From NCBI GenBank assembly GCA_017537925.1, contig JAFYJW010000061.1, positions 12,660 through 76,659 on the forward strand: DNA of 64,000 nt, written 5' to 3'. Source of the DNA: Synergistes sp. Lineage in GTDB: Bacteria > Synergistota > Synergistia > Synergistales > Synergistaceae. The stretch's first letter is position 1, and each line of letters starts with the position of its first letter. The position numbers were made by a program, and so were the translations under genes. The notes under the pieces are model-generated. The model was given only the letters and a program-made list of their open reading frames with translations, searched no databases and was not told where the DNA came from. Shown here piece by piece: positions 41,268 to 51,005 of the stretch.

Positions 41268-43050
41268 TACAGCACACCGCAGCGCGTCCCTGCCAGCCGC
41301 AGCCGTTGCAGCCGTGACGGCAGTCGCGCGTCGTCTCTTCCCTGAAAGCCTTTTCCCGCTCGCTCATCAGGTATTCCTTATCTACGCCGCATTCGATGAA
41401 GTCCCACGGCAGCGCGGCATCGGGCGCACGTCCTGAAGTGTAGGCCGACGCGTCTATATCCAAAGCGTCAAAGGCCCTCATCCATCTGTCAAAATCAAAA
41501 AATTCGGTCCAGCCGTCAAACCGGGCCCCGTCACGCCATGCTTTTTCTATGGCACCGCCAAGCGCCGCGTCGCCTCTTGCAAATACGCCTTCAAGGAACG
41601 TCTGCTCCGGTTCATGATACGAAAGAGATATCTTTCTGCTTCTGACATTCGACTTGAGCCAGCGTCCGCGTTCACGGAGCTCATCTATCGACGCCTGCGC
41701 CTCCCACTGGAAGGGAGTATGGGCCTTGGGCACAAAACCCGCGACCGAGGCGTTGACGTCGCCGCGCCGCTTATGGCGCCGCGCTGTTTCCACGGCCCTG
41801 CCGCATATCTTCAGTATCCCAGCAAGATCCTCGTCGGTCTCTGTGGGCAGCCCCATCATAAAGTACAGCTTCACACGATCCCAGCCGTGCTCGAATGTCG
41901 CTTCCAGCGCGGCTTCGATGTCTTCATCGGTGACGCCTTTGTTTATAACGTTCCGCAGCCTCTGCGTCCCTGCCTCGGGCGCGAATGTGAGCCCTCCCTT
42001 TCTCATGCTTTCAAGCTCCGCCGCAAGATTCACCGAAAAAGCGTCTACCCTTAGGCTCGGCAGGGAGAGCTTTATCTTGTTTTCCGCAAAGAAGGGGTAA
42101 AGCGTTTTTATCGTTTCCGAAAGCCCGCCCCAGTCGCATGTGGCAAGAGAGAGAAGTCCCGCCTCCTCCCAGCCGGTACTTTCGAGGAGCGTTTTCAGCT
42201 GTTCGCTGACCTTTTCAGCGCTCCTTTCCCGTACAGGCCTGTCTATCATGCCTGCCTGGCAGAAGCGGCAGCCGCGAGTGCATCCCTTGAACACCTGAAA
42301 AGCCGCCCTGTCATGCACTATAGAGGTGTTCGGAACTATCATCGAGGTCGGGAAAAAAGCCTCGTTAAGATCTTCCGCTATGCGGCGGCGGATCTTTTTC
42401 CGATTCCCGTGGACAGCCGGAACATATACCCCTTCGATCGACGCAAGGGCCGTAAGCTTTTCCGCGCGGCGCGCTCCTTTAAGCCCGTGGAGGCAGGCAA
42501 GAACCTCAGGGATAAGCACTTCTCCGTCACCCGCCATGAAGGCGTCGATAAACGGGGAAAGAGGTTCCGGCGCAAGCGCGCCTATGCCTCCGGCAAGCAC
42601 TAAAGGCTCGTCTTCGCCGCGCTCAGCGGAGCGCAGCGTGATGCCGGCAAGATCCATGACCGTGAGTATATTCGTGTATGAAAGCTCGTACTGGAGCGTA
42701 AAGCCGACCGCGTCAAAATCCCTTACGCAGCGTCTGCTCTCGAGCGCCCACAGCGGAGTCCCGTCCGCGCGCAGCACGTTCTCCATATCGGGCCACGGCG
42801 TATATACGCGGTCCGCGTCAGCATACTTCAGGGATTTGGTAAGGGCGTACAGAATCTGAAAGCCGAGGTAGCTCATGCCTACCTCGTAAACGTCAGGGAA
42901 AGCGTAACAGATACGCACAAGGCCGTCCCCGTCCTTCACAGGAACCGTACCCCATTCGCCGCCGGTATAGCGCGACGGATGCTTGACAGAGGAGAGCAGC
43001 CTGCGGATGCGCCCCTCTTCTGCTATAGCTGACATAAATCTATCCTCCAA
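41254..43050 (-). CDS. B12-binding-domain radical SAM protein (TIGR03960 family), function unknown
   Basis: 598 aa. CTRGCRFCQAG cluster motif, and the conserved pairing with DUF2344. Confidence 0.85.
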   Translation of the reverse strand: MEDRFMSAIAEEGRIRRLLSSVKHPSRYTGGEWGTVPVKDGDGLVRICYAFPDVYEVGMSYLGFQILYALTKSLKYADADRVYTPWPDMENVLRADGTPLWALESRRCVRDFDAVGFTLQYELSYTNILTVMDLAGITLRSAERGEDEPLVLAGGIGALAPEPLSPFIDAFMAGDGEVLIPEVLACLHGLKGARRAEKLTALASIEGVYVPAVHGNRKKIRRRIAEDLNEAFFPTSMIVPNTSIVHDRAAFQVFKGCTRGCRFCQAGMIDRPVRERSAEKVSEQLKTLLESTGWEEAGLLSLATCDWGGLSETIKTLYPFFAENKIKLSLPSLRVDAFSVNLAAELESMRKGGLTFAPEAGTQRLRNVINKGVTDEDIEAALEATFEHGWDRVKLYFMMGLPTETDEDLAGILKICGRAVETARRHKRRGDVNASVAGFVPKAHTPFQWEAQASIDELRERGRWLKSNVRSRKISLSYHEPEQTFLEGVFARGDAALGGAIEKAWRDGARFDGWTEFFDFDRWMRAFDALDIDASAYTSGRAPDAALPWDFIECGVDKEYLMSEREKAFREETTRDCRHGCNGCGWQGRAAVCCNGKN

Positions 43051-43096
43051 AACTTAAAGCGCTCCGCTTATATGCGCGGACGCGCAGATGCTCAGA

Positions 43097-44218
43097 TCAG
43101 AACCTGTCCTGCTTCGCCGCCACGTTCACGCTCTGGACAAGTCCGAGCGCAAGTGATATGACAAGTATCGAACTGCCGCCGTAACTGAAAAGCGGCAGCG
43201 GGATCCCCGTCACCGGCGCGAGCCCCATACTCATCGCAACGCTCTCGGCTATCTGAAACCAGAGCCACGCGGCTACCGCGACACAGAAAAGCTTTCCATT
43301 CATATCCTTCGTGTACTGCGAGATATTAAGTATCCTCCACAGTAATACGGCAAAAAGCAGCAACACAAGCGCAGCTCCGATAAAACCGAACTCTTCCGAA
43401 AAGACGCTGAATATAAAGTCGGTGTGCGGCTCGGGAAGAAAGTGGAGCTTTCCCTGAGTACCGTGCATAAAGCCCTTCCCGAAAAGCCCCCCCGAGCCTA
43501 CGGCTATGCGCGACTGTATAACATTATAGCCCGCTCCCTGAGGATCGACGGTAGGGTCGAGAAAAACCATGACGCGCATTTTCTGATAAGGCTTCATTAC
43601 AAGCCAAAGCAGAGGCAGCGCGGCGGCGCCTGCTCCCGCGATGGAGGCAAGGATGCGCACCGGCATGCCGGCAACGATAAAAACCGCAAAAAGCATTACA
43701 GCATATACAAGAGAACTGCCCAAATCCGGCTGAAGCATTATCGGCAGCATCACGGCTCCCGCAACCGCTATTGCAGCCCCTATCCCGCGCGGGGTGTTCG
43801 GAGGCAGAGCCGCGCAAAGTTTCGAAAGCGCCAGCGCAAAGACCACCTTGCCGAACTCCGACGGCTGGAAGCGGAAGAAACCTAAATTGAACCAGCGCTG
43901 CGCCCCCTTTGCGGTGTGCCCCAAGATCAGCAGCGCCGTAAGCATAAGCACAGTACAGATCAAAAGAGGCGCTGCTAACTTCATGACATTGCGGTAGTCT
44001 GTCTTGACAGCCGCGATATAAATAAAAGCGCCTATTCCACCCCATATTATCTGCCGCACCACAAAACCGGAGACCGCAGCGCTGCCCTTTGCGAACGACG
44101 CGCTCGCGCTGTAGATAGCGGCAAGGCCGAAGGCAAACAGAAAGAGCGTGACCAGCACGAAGAGCCAGTCAGCGTTTTTCTTTATATCGGACCACGACGT
44201 CGAAAATCTTTCTGCCAT
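43097..44218 (-). CDS. rodA: peptidoglycan glycosyltransferase RodA (SEDS family)
   Basis: 373 aa, polytopic. FQPSEFGK, EPHTDFIFS and PLPLFSYGGSS motifs. Confidence 0.9.
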   Translation of the reverse strand: MAERFSTSWSDIKKNADWLFVLVTLFLFAFGLAAIYSASASFAKGSAAVSGFVVRQIIWGGIGAFIYIAAVKTDYRNVMKLAAPLLICTVLMLTALLILGHTAKGAQRWFNLGFFRFQPSEFGKVVFALALSKLCAALPPNTPRGIGAAIAVAGAVMLPIMLQPDLGSSLVYAVMLFAVFIVAGMPVRILASIAGAGAAALPLLWLVMKPYQKMRVMVFLDPTVDPQGAGYNVIQSRIAVGSGGLFGKGFMHGTQGKLHFLPEPHTDFIFSVFSEEFGFIGAALVLLLFAVLLWRILNISQYTKDMNGKLFCVAVAAWLWFQIAESVAMSMGLAPVTGIPLPLFSYGGSSILVISLALGLVQSVNVAAKQDRF

Positions 44219-44346
44219 TTTCTGATAAGCCGCATTATGCTATGCCGGCTTTTAATTCTTCTTTCTTTTTTTCTCCGGCGGCATGCCTGCGCCGCATTTG
44301 AAGCAGACAGGCACGTCCTTTTCCGTAATTCAGTATCTTATGCCGT

Positions 44347-45027
44347 TCAAAGTTCGGGCCATGGAGAGACCAGAACTTCGCCTTCAGCTACCGTCAATGT
44401 CACCGCGCTTCCCCAGATCGGAGATGCTCTGTCAATTATACCCAGTTTTGTTCCTATGCGGACCTGCCCCGTTTCAAGAGATCGGATCGTTACCGCCGCG
44501 CCGTCATTTCCGCCGCATCCTGCGTGGACGAGGCCTTTAAGACGCCCGATGACTGTTATATTGCCCGCAGCTGATATCTCTGCGCCATGCTCTACATTGC
44601 CTATCACGACTATATCGCCGTTATGACGGATATTCTGACCGCAGCAGATGTCGCCGAAAGAGACCATGCCGGGCGCTTCTTCGGCTTTGCGCTCAGGCTC
44701 ATGCTTATGCGGGCTTTTTGCATTCGCATCGCCGTCCGAAGATGTATTGAAGCCTATCCTGCCCATCATATCACGGCTTGCGTCATCCGCCGCTATCCAT
44801 CTCGATACGGCGCACTCCGAAGGCTCTATAAATCTTTTCCAGATCTCCAGAATAAACGAAGGCTCAAAAGCCCTGCCCTGAAGGTCTATCTCGACACTGC
44901 GGCCTCGTATAAGGCGCCCGCTTATCGAAAGCAGAGCTTCAAGGCCGGAGGTCACCTGCTCTTCGCTCATCTCTTCCGGTATTATGCATCGCAGAGCCCC
45001 TGCCTGTCTGCCTTTCAACTGGATCAT
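44347..45027 (-). CDS. minC: septum site-determining protein MinC
   Basis: C-terminal beta-helix repeats: GDIVVIGNVEHGAEISAAGNITVIGRLKGLVHAG. Confidence 0.85.
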   Translation of the reverse strand: MIQLKGRQAGALRCIIPEEMSEEQVTSGLEALLSISGRLIRGRSVEIDLQGRAFEPSFILEIWKRFIEPSECAVSRWIAADDASRDMMGRIGFNTSSDGDANAKSPHKHEPERKAEEAPGMVSFGDICCGQNIRHNGDIVVIGNVEHGAEISAAGNITVIGRLKGLVHAGCGGNDGAAVTIRSLETGQVRIGTKLGIIDRASPIWGSAVTLTVAEGEVLVSPWPEL

Positions 45028-45050
45028 AGTCAGCCCCCCGAGGGAGAAAA

Positions 45051-46865
45051 TCAGTGCTCCCGGTCTGCGGCCGTTTCTGTCCCCTGTGCGGCCGGCGTCT
45101 TGTTTTCCTGCGGTTTTTCCTCTTCGTATTTTTTACCGTTTATAAGGAAATTCAGCATCTTTCCAACTATAGGGGCAGCGACCGACGAACCGCCCTTGCC
45201 GGCTTCCGCTATCGCCACAACCGCGTACTGAGGCCTGTCGACCGGGGCATATCCGACGAACCATGCGTGGTCTTCGCCCTGGGAGTTCTGAGCCGTTCCG
45301 GTCTTGCCGGCTATTTTTATGCCGTAGGATGCGGCTCTGCGCCCGGTGCCGCTTCTTGTGACCTCCTCGACGCCGCGCTTTATCAATTTTAGCACGTCCG
45401 GAGGTATATCAAGCGCGGTGCTTTCGACAGGAGCCTTTGTATTGATCCGCGGCTTTAAGAGCCTGCCGCCGTTTGCTATCGCGGCATAGGCGCGCAGTAC
45501 CTGAAGAGGCGTCATAAGCACATACCCCTGGCCTATCGAATAGTTGACGGTATCGCCGCCGTACCAGTTTTCCTTTATTCTTTTCTTTTTCCATTCCGGA
45601 CCGGCAAGCGTCCCTGAAGCTTCTCCGACTATGTCTATACCTGTCTTCTGCCCCACACCGAATTTTGAGGCTGTCCTGATAAGCCCGTTTATGCCCATCT
45701 GGTTCGACAGTTCATAGAAGAAGACGTCGCATGAATCGCGCAGCGCCGTCACTATATTTTCGCGCCCGTGTCCGCTGTGCTTCCAGCATCTGAAGCGCTT
45801 TCCGCCAAGCTCGAAATAGCCGCGGCAGACCACTGTGGTGTTTTGGTTTGCCACTTTGTTTTCCAGCAGCGCCGAGCCCGTTATTATCTTAAAGGTCGAA
45901 GCCGGAGGATAGGCCCCGGATATAGCCCTGTTCATCATCGGACGCTCATGATGGTCCGTAAGGGCCGCCCATTCTTTGCTGCTGATTCCCCATGTCAGCG
46001 GATTCGGGTCATAGGAAGGGGACGAATACATGCAGCGGATGCTTCCGTCGTTTACGTTCATCGCTATTACGCTGCCGCGGTATTTTCCTATAAGCTCCGC
46101 GGCGTAACGCTGCGCGGCAAGGTCTATCGCAAGAGTCATGTCCTCTCCCTTGGACGATCTGACGTAGCTTACGTCGCGCAGCTTTCTGCCGCGGGAATCG
46201 ACTTCTATCACTTCTTCGCCAGCAGCGCCGCGCAGCACCGATTCATATTCGCCCTCGATGCCATTCTTGCCGATGATATCCCCGCCCCGGTAGGCGCCGG
46301 GATCTTTCGTTTCCAGTTCTTCTTTTGTTATCTCCGCGACATAGCCCACTATATGCGCCGCATACTGCGCCGCCGGATAGCTGCGCTTCCAGACCGGCGT
46401 CGGAAAGAGTATGTGGCCGAAGTCCTTGTCCATGACCATTTCCGCGACCTGGGCGAAAGTAAGGTTCGTCGCCACGGTTATCGAACGGTACGGAGCCGAA
46501 TACTGATTTGAGACCGTCTCCCTGAACTTTTCCTCGGTCATCGGTATGCCTCTGCGGTTAAGCAGTTCAGTCACTTTCCTGACATTTTCCTCTTTCTGCA
46601 GATCCACGGGGTAGCCGTTGATATTGAACGTCCGCACGTTGACCGCAAGCGGCGCTCCGTTTATATCCGTGATGCTGCCGCGCGGCGGCACCATGCGCAG
46701 TATCCTGAGCCTGTTCTGGGACGCTAACTTTACGTAAGTGTCGCCGTTTGCCACCTGAAAATAAAAGAGCCCGGCGGCAAGAAGCAGGAAAGAGATCGCG
46801 AGCGCACCCTGCAGGAAACCGATGCGCCTCATCGTATCGAACTTTGAATATTTCTGATCAGCCAT
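45051..46865 (-). CDS. mrdA: penicillin-binding protein 2 (elongasome transpeptidase)
   Basis: 604 aa. STFK, SCD(SxN-like) and KTGTA motifs, plus an N-terminal anchor. Confidence 0.9.
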   Translation of the reverse strand: MADQKYSKFDTMRRIGFLQGALAISFLLLAAGLFYFQVANGDTYVKLASQNRLRILRMVPPRGSITDINGAPLAVNVRTFNINGYPVDLQKEENVRKVTELLNRRGIPMTEEKFRETVSNQYSAPYRSITVATNLTFAQVAEMVMDKDFGHILFPTPVWKRSYPAAQYAAHIVGYVAEITKEELETKDPGAYRGGDIIGKNGIEGEYESVLRGAAGEEVIEVDSRGRKLRDVSYVRSSKGEDMTLAIDLAAQRYAAELIGKYRGSVIAMNVNDGSIRCMYSSPSYDPNPLTWGISSKEWAALTDHHERPMMNRAISGAYPPASTFKIITGSALLENKVANQNTTVVCRGYFELGGKRFRCWKHSGHGRENIVTALRDSCDVFFYELSNQMGINGLIRTASKFGVGQKTGIDIVGEASGTLAGPEWKKKRIKENWYGGDTVNYSIGQGYVLMTPLQVLRAYAAIANGGRLLKPRINTKAPVESTALDIPPDVLKLIKRGVEEVTRSGTGRRAASYGIKIAGKTGTAQNSQGEDHAWFVGYAPVDRPQYAVVAIAEAGKGGSSVAAPIVGKMLNFLINGKKYEEEKPQENKTPAAQGTETAADREH

Positions 46866-47328
46866 CTCTTTCGGATATCCTGCTGAAAAGCCACGTGAAT
46901 ACTATGATCACCGGAACGGCTATAAGCTGCTGCACTATAAACTGGCGCAGCGCGCTCTGACTGGGCATCGTCCAGAAGAAGCAGTGCGTCAGGGCATACA
47001 ACAGCTCGCATCCTGCCAATATCAGCATAAAGGGAAGCGGAGTGCGCCCGGTAGACGGCAGCCGTTTCTGCCAGATGACGCATGCTAACCCTATAAGTCC
47101 GCAGCTTACGGCCGAAGTGAGACCCGGCAGGTTCGTCCATCTCAGATCCCACAGCAGTCCGCCGATAAAGGCGGCCCAGATAAGCTTTGACTGTTCTTCT
47201 TTCGTTTTCCCTGGAAGAAGGGCGATAAAGAGTATCGCCAGCAGGAATACGTCAGGTATCATACAGATGCCCATAAGCATAAGCTGAGCAAAATCCTGCA
47301 GCAGCCAGATCAGCGAAAGCATTATCAT
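46858..47328 (-). CDS. mreD: rod shape-determining protein MreD
   Basis: 156-aa hydrophobic protein. Its ATG overlaps the mreC stop (ATGA). The 302-aa ORF in the track is an artefactual upstream extension. Confidence 0.75.
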   Translation of the reverse strand: MIMLSLIWLLQDFAQLMLMGICMIPDVFLLAILFIALLPGKTKEEQSKLIWAAFIGGLLWDLRWTNLPGLTSAVSCGLIGLACVIWQKRLPSTGRTPLPFMLILAGCELLYALTHCFFWTMPSQSALRQFIVQQLIAVPVIIVFTWLFSRISERDG

Positions 47329-48116
47329 TTCTGCGCGCCTCCGCCGTTCGGCATAAATACCTCGACGCTGTAAAGCTGCGTAAGATGGGCGCCTGCGGCA
47401 ATCCGCATCTCCCTGTAGCCTTCCTTTTCTTCGCCCGCTCCGATTATCGTGCCTATCGAAAGTCCCGGAGGGATTATGTCGTTCATCAGCGACGTTGAGA
47501 CGCTCATCCCGCGCTTGATATTGCGTTCGTCTGGAATGTACAGCAGCCGCAGGTTTCCTCTGCCGTCCCCTGCCACTACGCCTAAATCCCTGGTCTGGTC
47601 CACAGCGGCGGCTATAAGAAAAGAAGACGATGTGATGAGCTCCACCCACGAGGAGTGTCCGGAAGTGCGGGTGACGCGGCCTACAAGATAGCCTTCGGAC
47701 GAGACAGCCGCCCCGTCGCGCACTCCGTCCTGCGTGCCTTTGTCGATACGGAGCTCCTGCCACCACTCCTGCGGATAGCGAAGCGTAACGACAGCGCTGA
47801 TATAGGCGCCGGCCGCCGGCGGCGCATTGACGCCGGCACGCTGCAGGGCCTCTTCGAGAGCAAGGTTTTTAAGCTCGAGCCGTTCGACGCGCTCTTTCAG
47901 ATTTGCCCTTTCAAGCACCCAGTTGCCGCTGAGCTTTATTATATTGCGCAGCGCAAGCGCCGGCTTCTCGGGGTATGAAAGAACGCTGTTCACAAACTCG
48001 ACTGCGGTTAATTTGGCGCCGCCGAGCCTCGAAGAAAGAAAGAGGACCACCGCTCCGGCAAGGACCGCGATAAAAGAGTGAAGCCACGGCCTGCTCTCGC
48101 GGAATAGTATGCGCAT
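47325..48116 (-). CDS. mreC: rod shape-determining protein MreC
   Basis: N-terminal anchor, a coiled coil (LKERVERLELKNLALEE), beta-barrel domains, and a position between mreB and mreD. Confidence 0.85.
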   Translation of the reverse strand: MRILFRESRPWLHSFIAVLAGAVVLFLSSRLGGAKLTAVEFVNSVLSYPEKPALALRNIIKLSGNWVLERANLKERVERLELKNLALEEALQRAGVNAPPAAGAYISAVVTLRYPQEWWQELRIDKGTQDGVRDGAAVSSEGYLVGRVTRTSGHSSWVELITSSSFLIAAAVDQTRDLGVVAGDGRGNLRLLYIPDERNIKRGMSVSTSLMNDIIPPGLSIGTIIGAGEEKEGYREMRIAAGAHLTQLYSVEVFMPNGGGAQK

Positions 48117-48124
48117 TACAGCTC

Positions 48125-49180
48125 CTATGCGTCCTGTCTTTCCACCATTACAGAGGTGCCGTCTTTATCGCGCGGCATCTCAAGCATCTTGCCGAGTCCG
48201 AGCGCCACGGAATAGACAGGCTGGTCTGCGATATGCACGGGAACGTTCAGCGCGTCGGCAAAACGGATGTTAAGGCCGCGCAGATTTGCCGTGCCGCCGG
48301 AGAGCATTATCCCCTGGTCCACGATATCCCTGACAAGTTCCGGCGGCGTGCGCTCCAGAGTCGAGTGTATGGTATCCTCTATCTGTGAGACAACAGGCTC
48401 CATAGCCTCCCTTACCTCTTCCGAACCTATGCTTATCACGCGCGGAAGACCGTTAAGCAGGTCTCTTCCCTTGACGTCCATCCTGAGCTCCTGCTCAAGC
48501 GGAATCACGGAACCTATCGCCATCTTGATCTCTTCAGCGGTGCTTTCGCCTATCGCAAGCGTGTAATTCTGCCGCAGGAGAGAAACTATAGCCTCGTCAA
48601 GCGCCTCACCAGCGACTCTTATCGACTGGTTTATAACGATTCCTCCAAGGGATATCACCGCGACCTCGCATGTGCCGCCTCCCATATTGACGATCATCGT
48701 TCCGCGGGCCTCGTCTATCGGCAGGCCTATCCCCATAGCGGCGGCAAGCGGCTCTTCGACGACGAAAGCCTCTTTTGCGCCGGCTGCGAGCGTTACCTCC
48801 ACGACCGCGCGCTTCTCGACCTCAGTGACGGCGGCGGGCACGCATACAGCGACTCTCGGGCGCGAGAATATGCTGCCCTGGGAAGAGGCCTGAGTCATGT
48901 AATGGCGTATCATGTAGCGGGTCATGTCGAAATCGGCTATGACTCCGTATGAGAGAGGCTTAAGCGTCGTAATTCCCTGGGGGGTGCGTCCTATCATCCT
49001 TTTGGCTGCGGTGCCGAACGCTATTATCTCCTTCTGCCCCTTGCGGCCGCGTTTGCGCACAGCCACGACGGAGGGTTCGTCTATAACCACGCCTTTTGAC
49101 TTTATATAGATCACGGTGTTAACGGTGCCTATATCTATTCCTATACACTGTCTGAACGGGTTCGGTCTGAAGTTGAACAA
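48125..49180 (-). CDS. mreB: rod shape-determining protein MreB
   Basis: GIDIGTVNTVIY, IVNMGGGTCEVAVISLGG and MLSGGTANLRGL actin-fold motifs. Confidence 0.95.
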   Translation of the reverse strand: MFNFRPNPFRQCIGIDIGTVNTVIYIKSKGVVIDEPSVVAVRKRGRKGQKEIIAFGTAAKRMIGRTPQGITTLKPLSYGVIADFDMTRYMIRHYMTQASSQGSIFSRPRVAVCVPAAVTEVEKRAVVEVTLAAGAKEAFVVEEPLAAAMGIGLPIDEARGTMIVNMGGGTCEVAVISLGGIVINQSIRVAGEALDEAIVSLLRQNYTLAIGESTAEEIKMAIGSVIPLEQELRMDVKGRDLLNGLPRVISIGSEEVREAMEPVVSQIEDTIHSTLERTPPELVRDIVDQGIMLSGGTANLRGLNIRFADALNVPVHIADQPVYSVALGLGKMLEMPRDKDGTSVMVERQDA

Positions 49181-49254
49181 CTAAAACACCAGCTTTCGAT
49201 TTTTTAGACGTCATTCATATATGCTGTCTGCGTCAGCCGCGATTTTTATCCCTT

Positions 49255-49920
49255 TTATCGGAAGTCCGCTCCCGTTACGGGGAAGATCTTTCCGCCTGCG
49301 GCTATATAGTGTCCTTTTAGTTCCATGCCCAGCAGCGACAGCCCGCGCTGCACATGCTCGGTAAGCGAAACGTCTTCGCTGCTCGGAGATATGCAGCCGT
49401 CCGGGTGGTTGTGCAGCAGCACTACCTTCGCTGCAGAAAGCCTCGCAGCCCTGCGGAAAAAATAGGGCAGATCCATAAACGCGCCGGAAAGCCCTCCGTA
49501 AGAGATGACGGACTCCCCTATAAACTTTTCCCTGTCGTCGAGAAAAAACGCGTATATGCATTCGCGTTCCATATATCTCGTTTCGGCAGCCTTTGCTTCC
49601 AGCGGCGCGCGCCAGTCCTTTCCGGCGCCGCCCGCTGCCTGCGACATTCTTTTTCCGAGCTCAATGGCCGCCGCAAGTGAAGCCGCTTTGGCTTTCTTAA
49701 GCCCTTTTTCCTGCATAAGCTCCGCCGTAGTTGCGCGCGCCAGTCCTTCAAGCCCTCCCATATCGGCTATCAGCCTGCGCGACATCTCCACTACGTCTTC
49801 GCCGGTCCTGCCTGTCCTTAATAATACCGCAACAAGCTCTGCGGGCGAAAGAGATTCGGGCCCGTGAGCCAGCAATTTTTCACGCGGTTTTTCCGCAGCC
49901 GGCAGACTCGCAAAATCCAT
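49255..49920 (-). CDS. radC: RadC-family JAB-domain protein
   Basis: PREKLLAHGPESLSPAELVAVLLRTG helix-hairpin-helix N-terminus and the HNHPDG...PSSED JAMM motif. Confidence 0.9.
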   Translation of the reverse strand: MDFASLPAAEKPREKLLAHGPESLSPAELVAVLLRTGRTGEDVVEMSRRLIADMGGLEGLARATTAELMQEKGLKKAKAASLAAAIELGKRMSQAAGGAGKDWRAPLEAKAAETRYMERECIYAFFLDDREKFIGESVISYGGLSGAFMDLPYFFRRAARLSAAKVVLLHNHPDGCISPSSEDVSLTEHVQRGLSLLGMELKGHYIAAGGKIFPVTGADFR

Positions 49921-49926
49921 ACGGAA

Positions 49927-50556
49927 TCAGTGCGGCCAGTACGGGTTGTACATCTTTTCGGCGCCGATCGTGGTCTCCGGCCCGTGTCCCGGAAATACCC
50001 TCATATCATCGGGAAAACCGTCAAGCTTTTTAAGCGATTCTATGAGCGTATCCTCGTCGCCTCCGGGCAGGTCGCTCCTGCCTATCGAACGGGCAAAGAG
50101 CGTATCGCCTGAGATCAGTATCTTTTCGTCTCCGTCGGATACCAGGATGCAGACGCCCCCGAGCGTATGCCCCGGCGTATGTATTATATCAAGCGTCATC
50201 TTTCCCGCTTTCAGCCTGTCCCCGTCGTGCAGGATCGTTTCAGCGGCAGACGTCTTGATCTCCGCTCCCATACAGAGGGAAAGGTTTTTCGCGGGGCTTG
50301 TGAGACATGCCGCATCCTCTTCGTGTATCGCCACTCCCTCTTTCGCGATGCCGCGAAGCATATCAACGCCGCCGATATGGTCTGCATGACCGTGAGTGAC
50401 GACGATCATATGCACCTTTATGTCCTTGCTGCGGACATAGTCGAGGACATCCTGAGCCGGTCCGCCCGGATCGACGACGAAGCCGTCGCCATTATCATCC
50501 CATATCAGATAGCAGTTTGTCCATAAAGTGCCGAGAGGGAATCTTTTTATCTCCAT
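49927..50556 (-). CDS. MBL-fold metallo-hydrolase (glyoxalase II-like)
   Basis: VTHGHADHIGG motif. The ATG at 50556 is preceded by AAGGAGTGA. The longer ORF reaching 50730 overlaps dtd and was rejected. Confidence 0.85.
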   Translation of the reverse strand: MEIKRFPLGTLWTNCYLIWDDNGDGFVVDPGGPAQDVLDYVRSKDIKVHMIVVTHGHADHIGGVDMLRGIAKEGVAIHEEDAACLTSPAKNLSLCMGAEIKTSAAETILHDGDRLKAGKMTLDIIHTPGHTLGGVCILVSDGDEKILISGDTLFARSIGRSDLPGGDEDTLIESLKKLDGFPDDMRVFPGHGPETTIGAEKMYNPYWPH

Positions 50557-50561
50557 TGCTT

Positions 50562-51005
50562 TCACTCCTTGGTATCTATCATCAAAGTGACCGGCCCGTC
50601 GTTCTGTATATCGACGAGCATCTCCGTCTGGAAGCGCCCCTGTTCCGCGTGGACGCCGGTCTTCTTTACAGCCTCGATAAATTTCAGATACATTTCTTCC
50701 GCAAAAACCGGAGGAGCTGCCTTTACCCACGACGGTCTGCGCCCTTTTCTGCAGTCGCCGCAGAGCGTGAACTGAGAGACCACAAGCAGCTCTCCCCCGA
50801 CATCTTTAACGGAGAGGTTCATTTTGCCGTCCGCGTCGTCAAATATCCGCAGGTTGACTATCTTTTCTGCGAGCCAGTCTATATCTTTCTGCGTATCGTC
50901 GCCGACGGCGCATATGAAGACAGTTATCCCGTGCCCGATCTCACCGGTGACGACGCCTCCGACAGACACCTTTGAAGACTTTACTCTCTGCAGAAGGGCT
51001 CTCAT
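50562..51005 (-). CDS. dtd: D-aminoacyl-tRNA deacylase
   Basis: MRALLQRVKSSKV..., and the VSQFTL and GPVTL motifs. Confidence 0.95.
   Translation of the reverse strand: MRALLQRVKSSKVSVGGVVTGEIGHGITVFICAVGDDTQKDIDWLAEKIVNLRIFDDADGKMNLSVKDVGGELLVVSQFTLCGDCRKGRRPSWVKAAPPVFAEEMYLKFIEAVKKTGVHAEQGRFQTEMLVDIQNDGPVTLMIDTKE

Noticed and set aside
44250-44320. Mini-ORF in the minC-rodA gap encoding ..VPVCFKCGAGMPPEKKRKKN.
   Set aside because: - It has about 20 codons from a GTG.
- It has no RBS and only half a zinc-ribbon motif.
46858-47766. 302-aa ORF covering mreD plus 146 upstream codons. Analogous 5' extensions affect coaBC (to 3439), cmk (to 7263), rsmI (to 35193), the MBL hydrolase (to 50730), the methyltransferase (from 27311), the SBP (from 24417) and the AAA ATPase (to 29762).
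   Set aside because: - The extensions overlap the upstream gene and are Arg/Gly-rich nonsense.
- Internal ATG codons with Shine-Dalgarno sequences or ATGA-type coupling give proteins of the expected family length.
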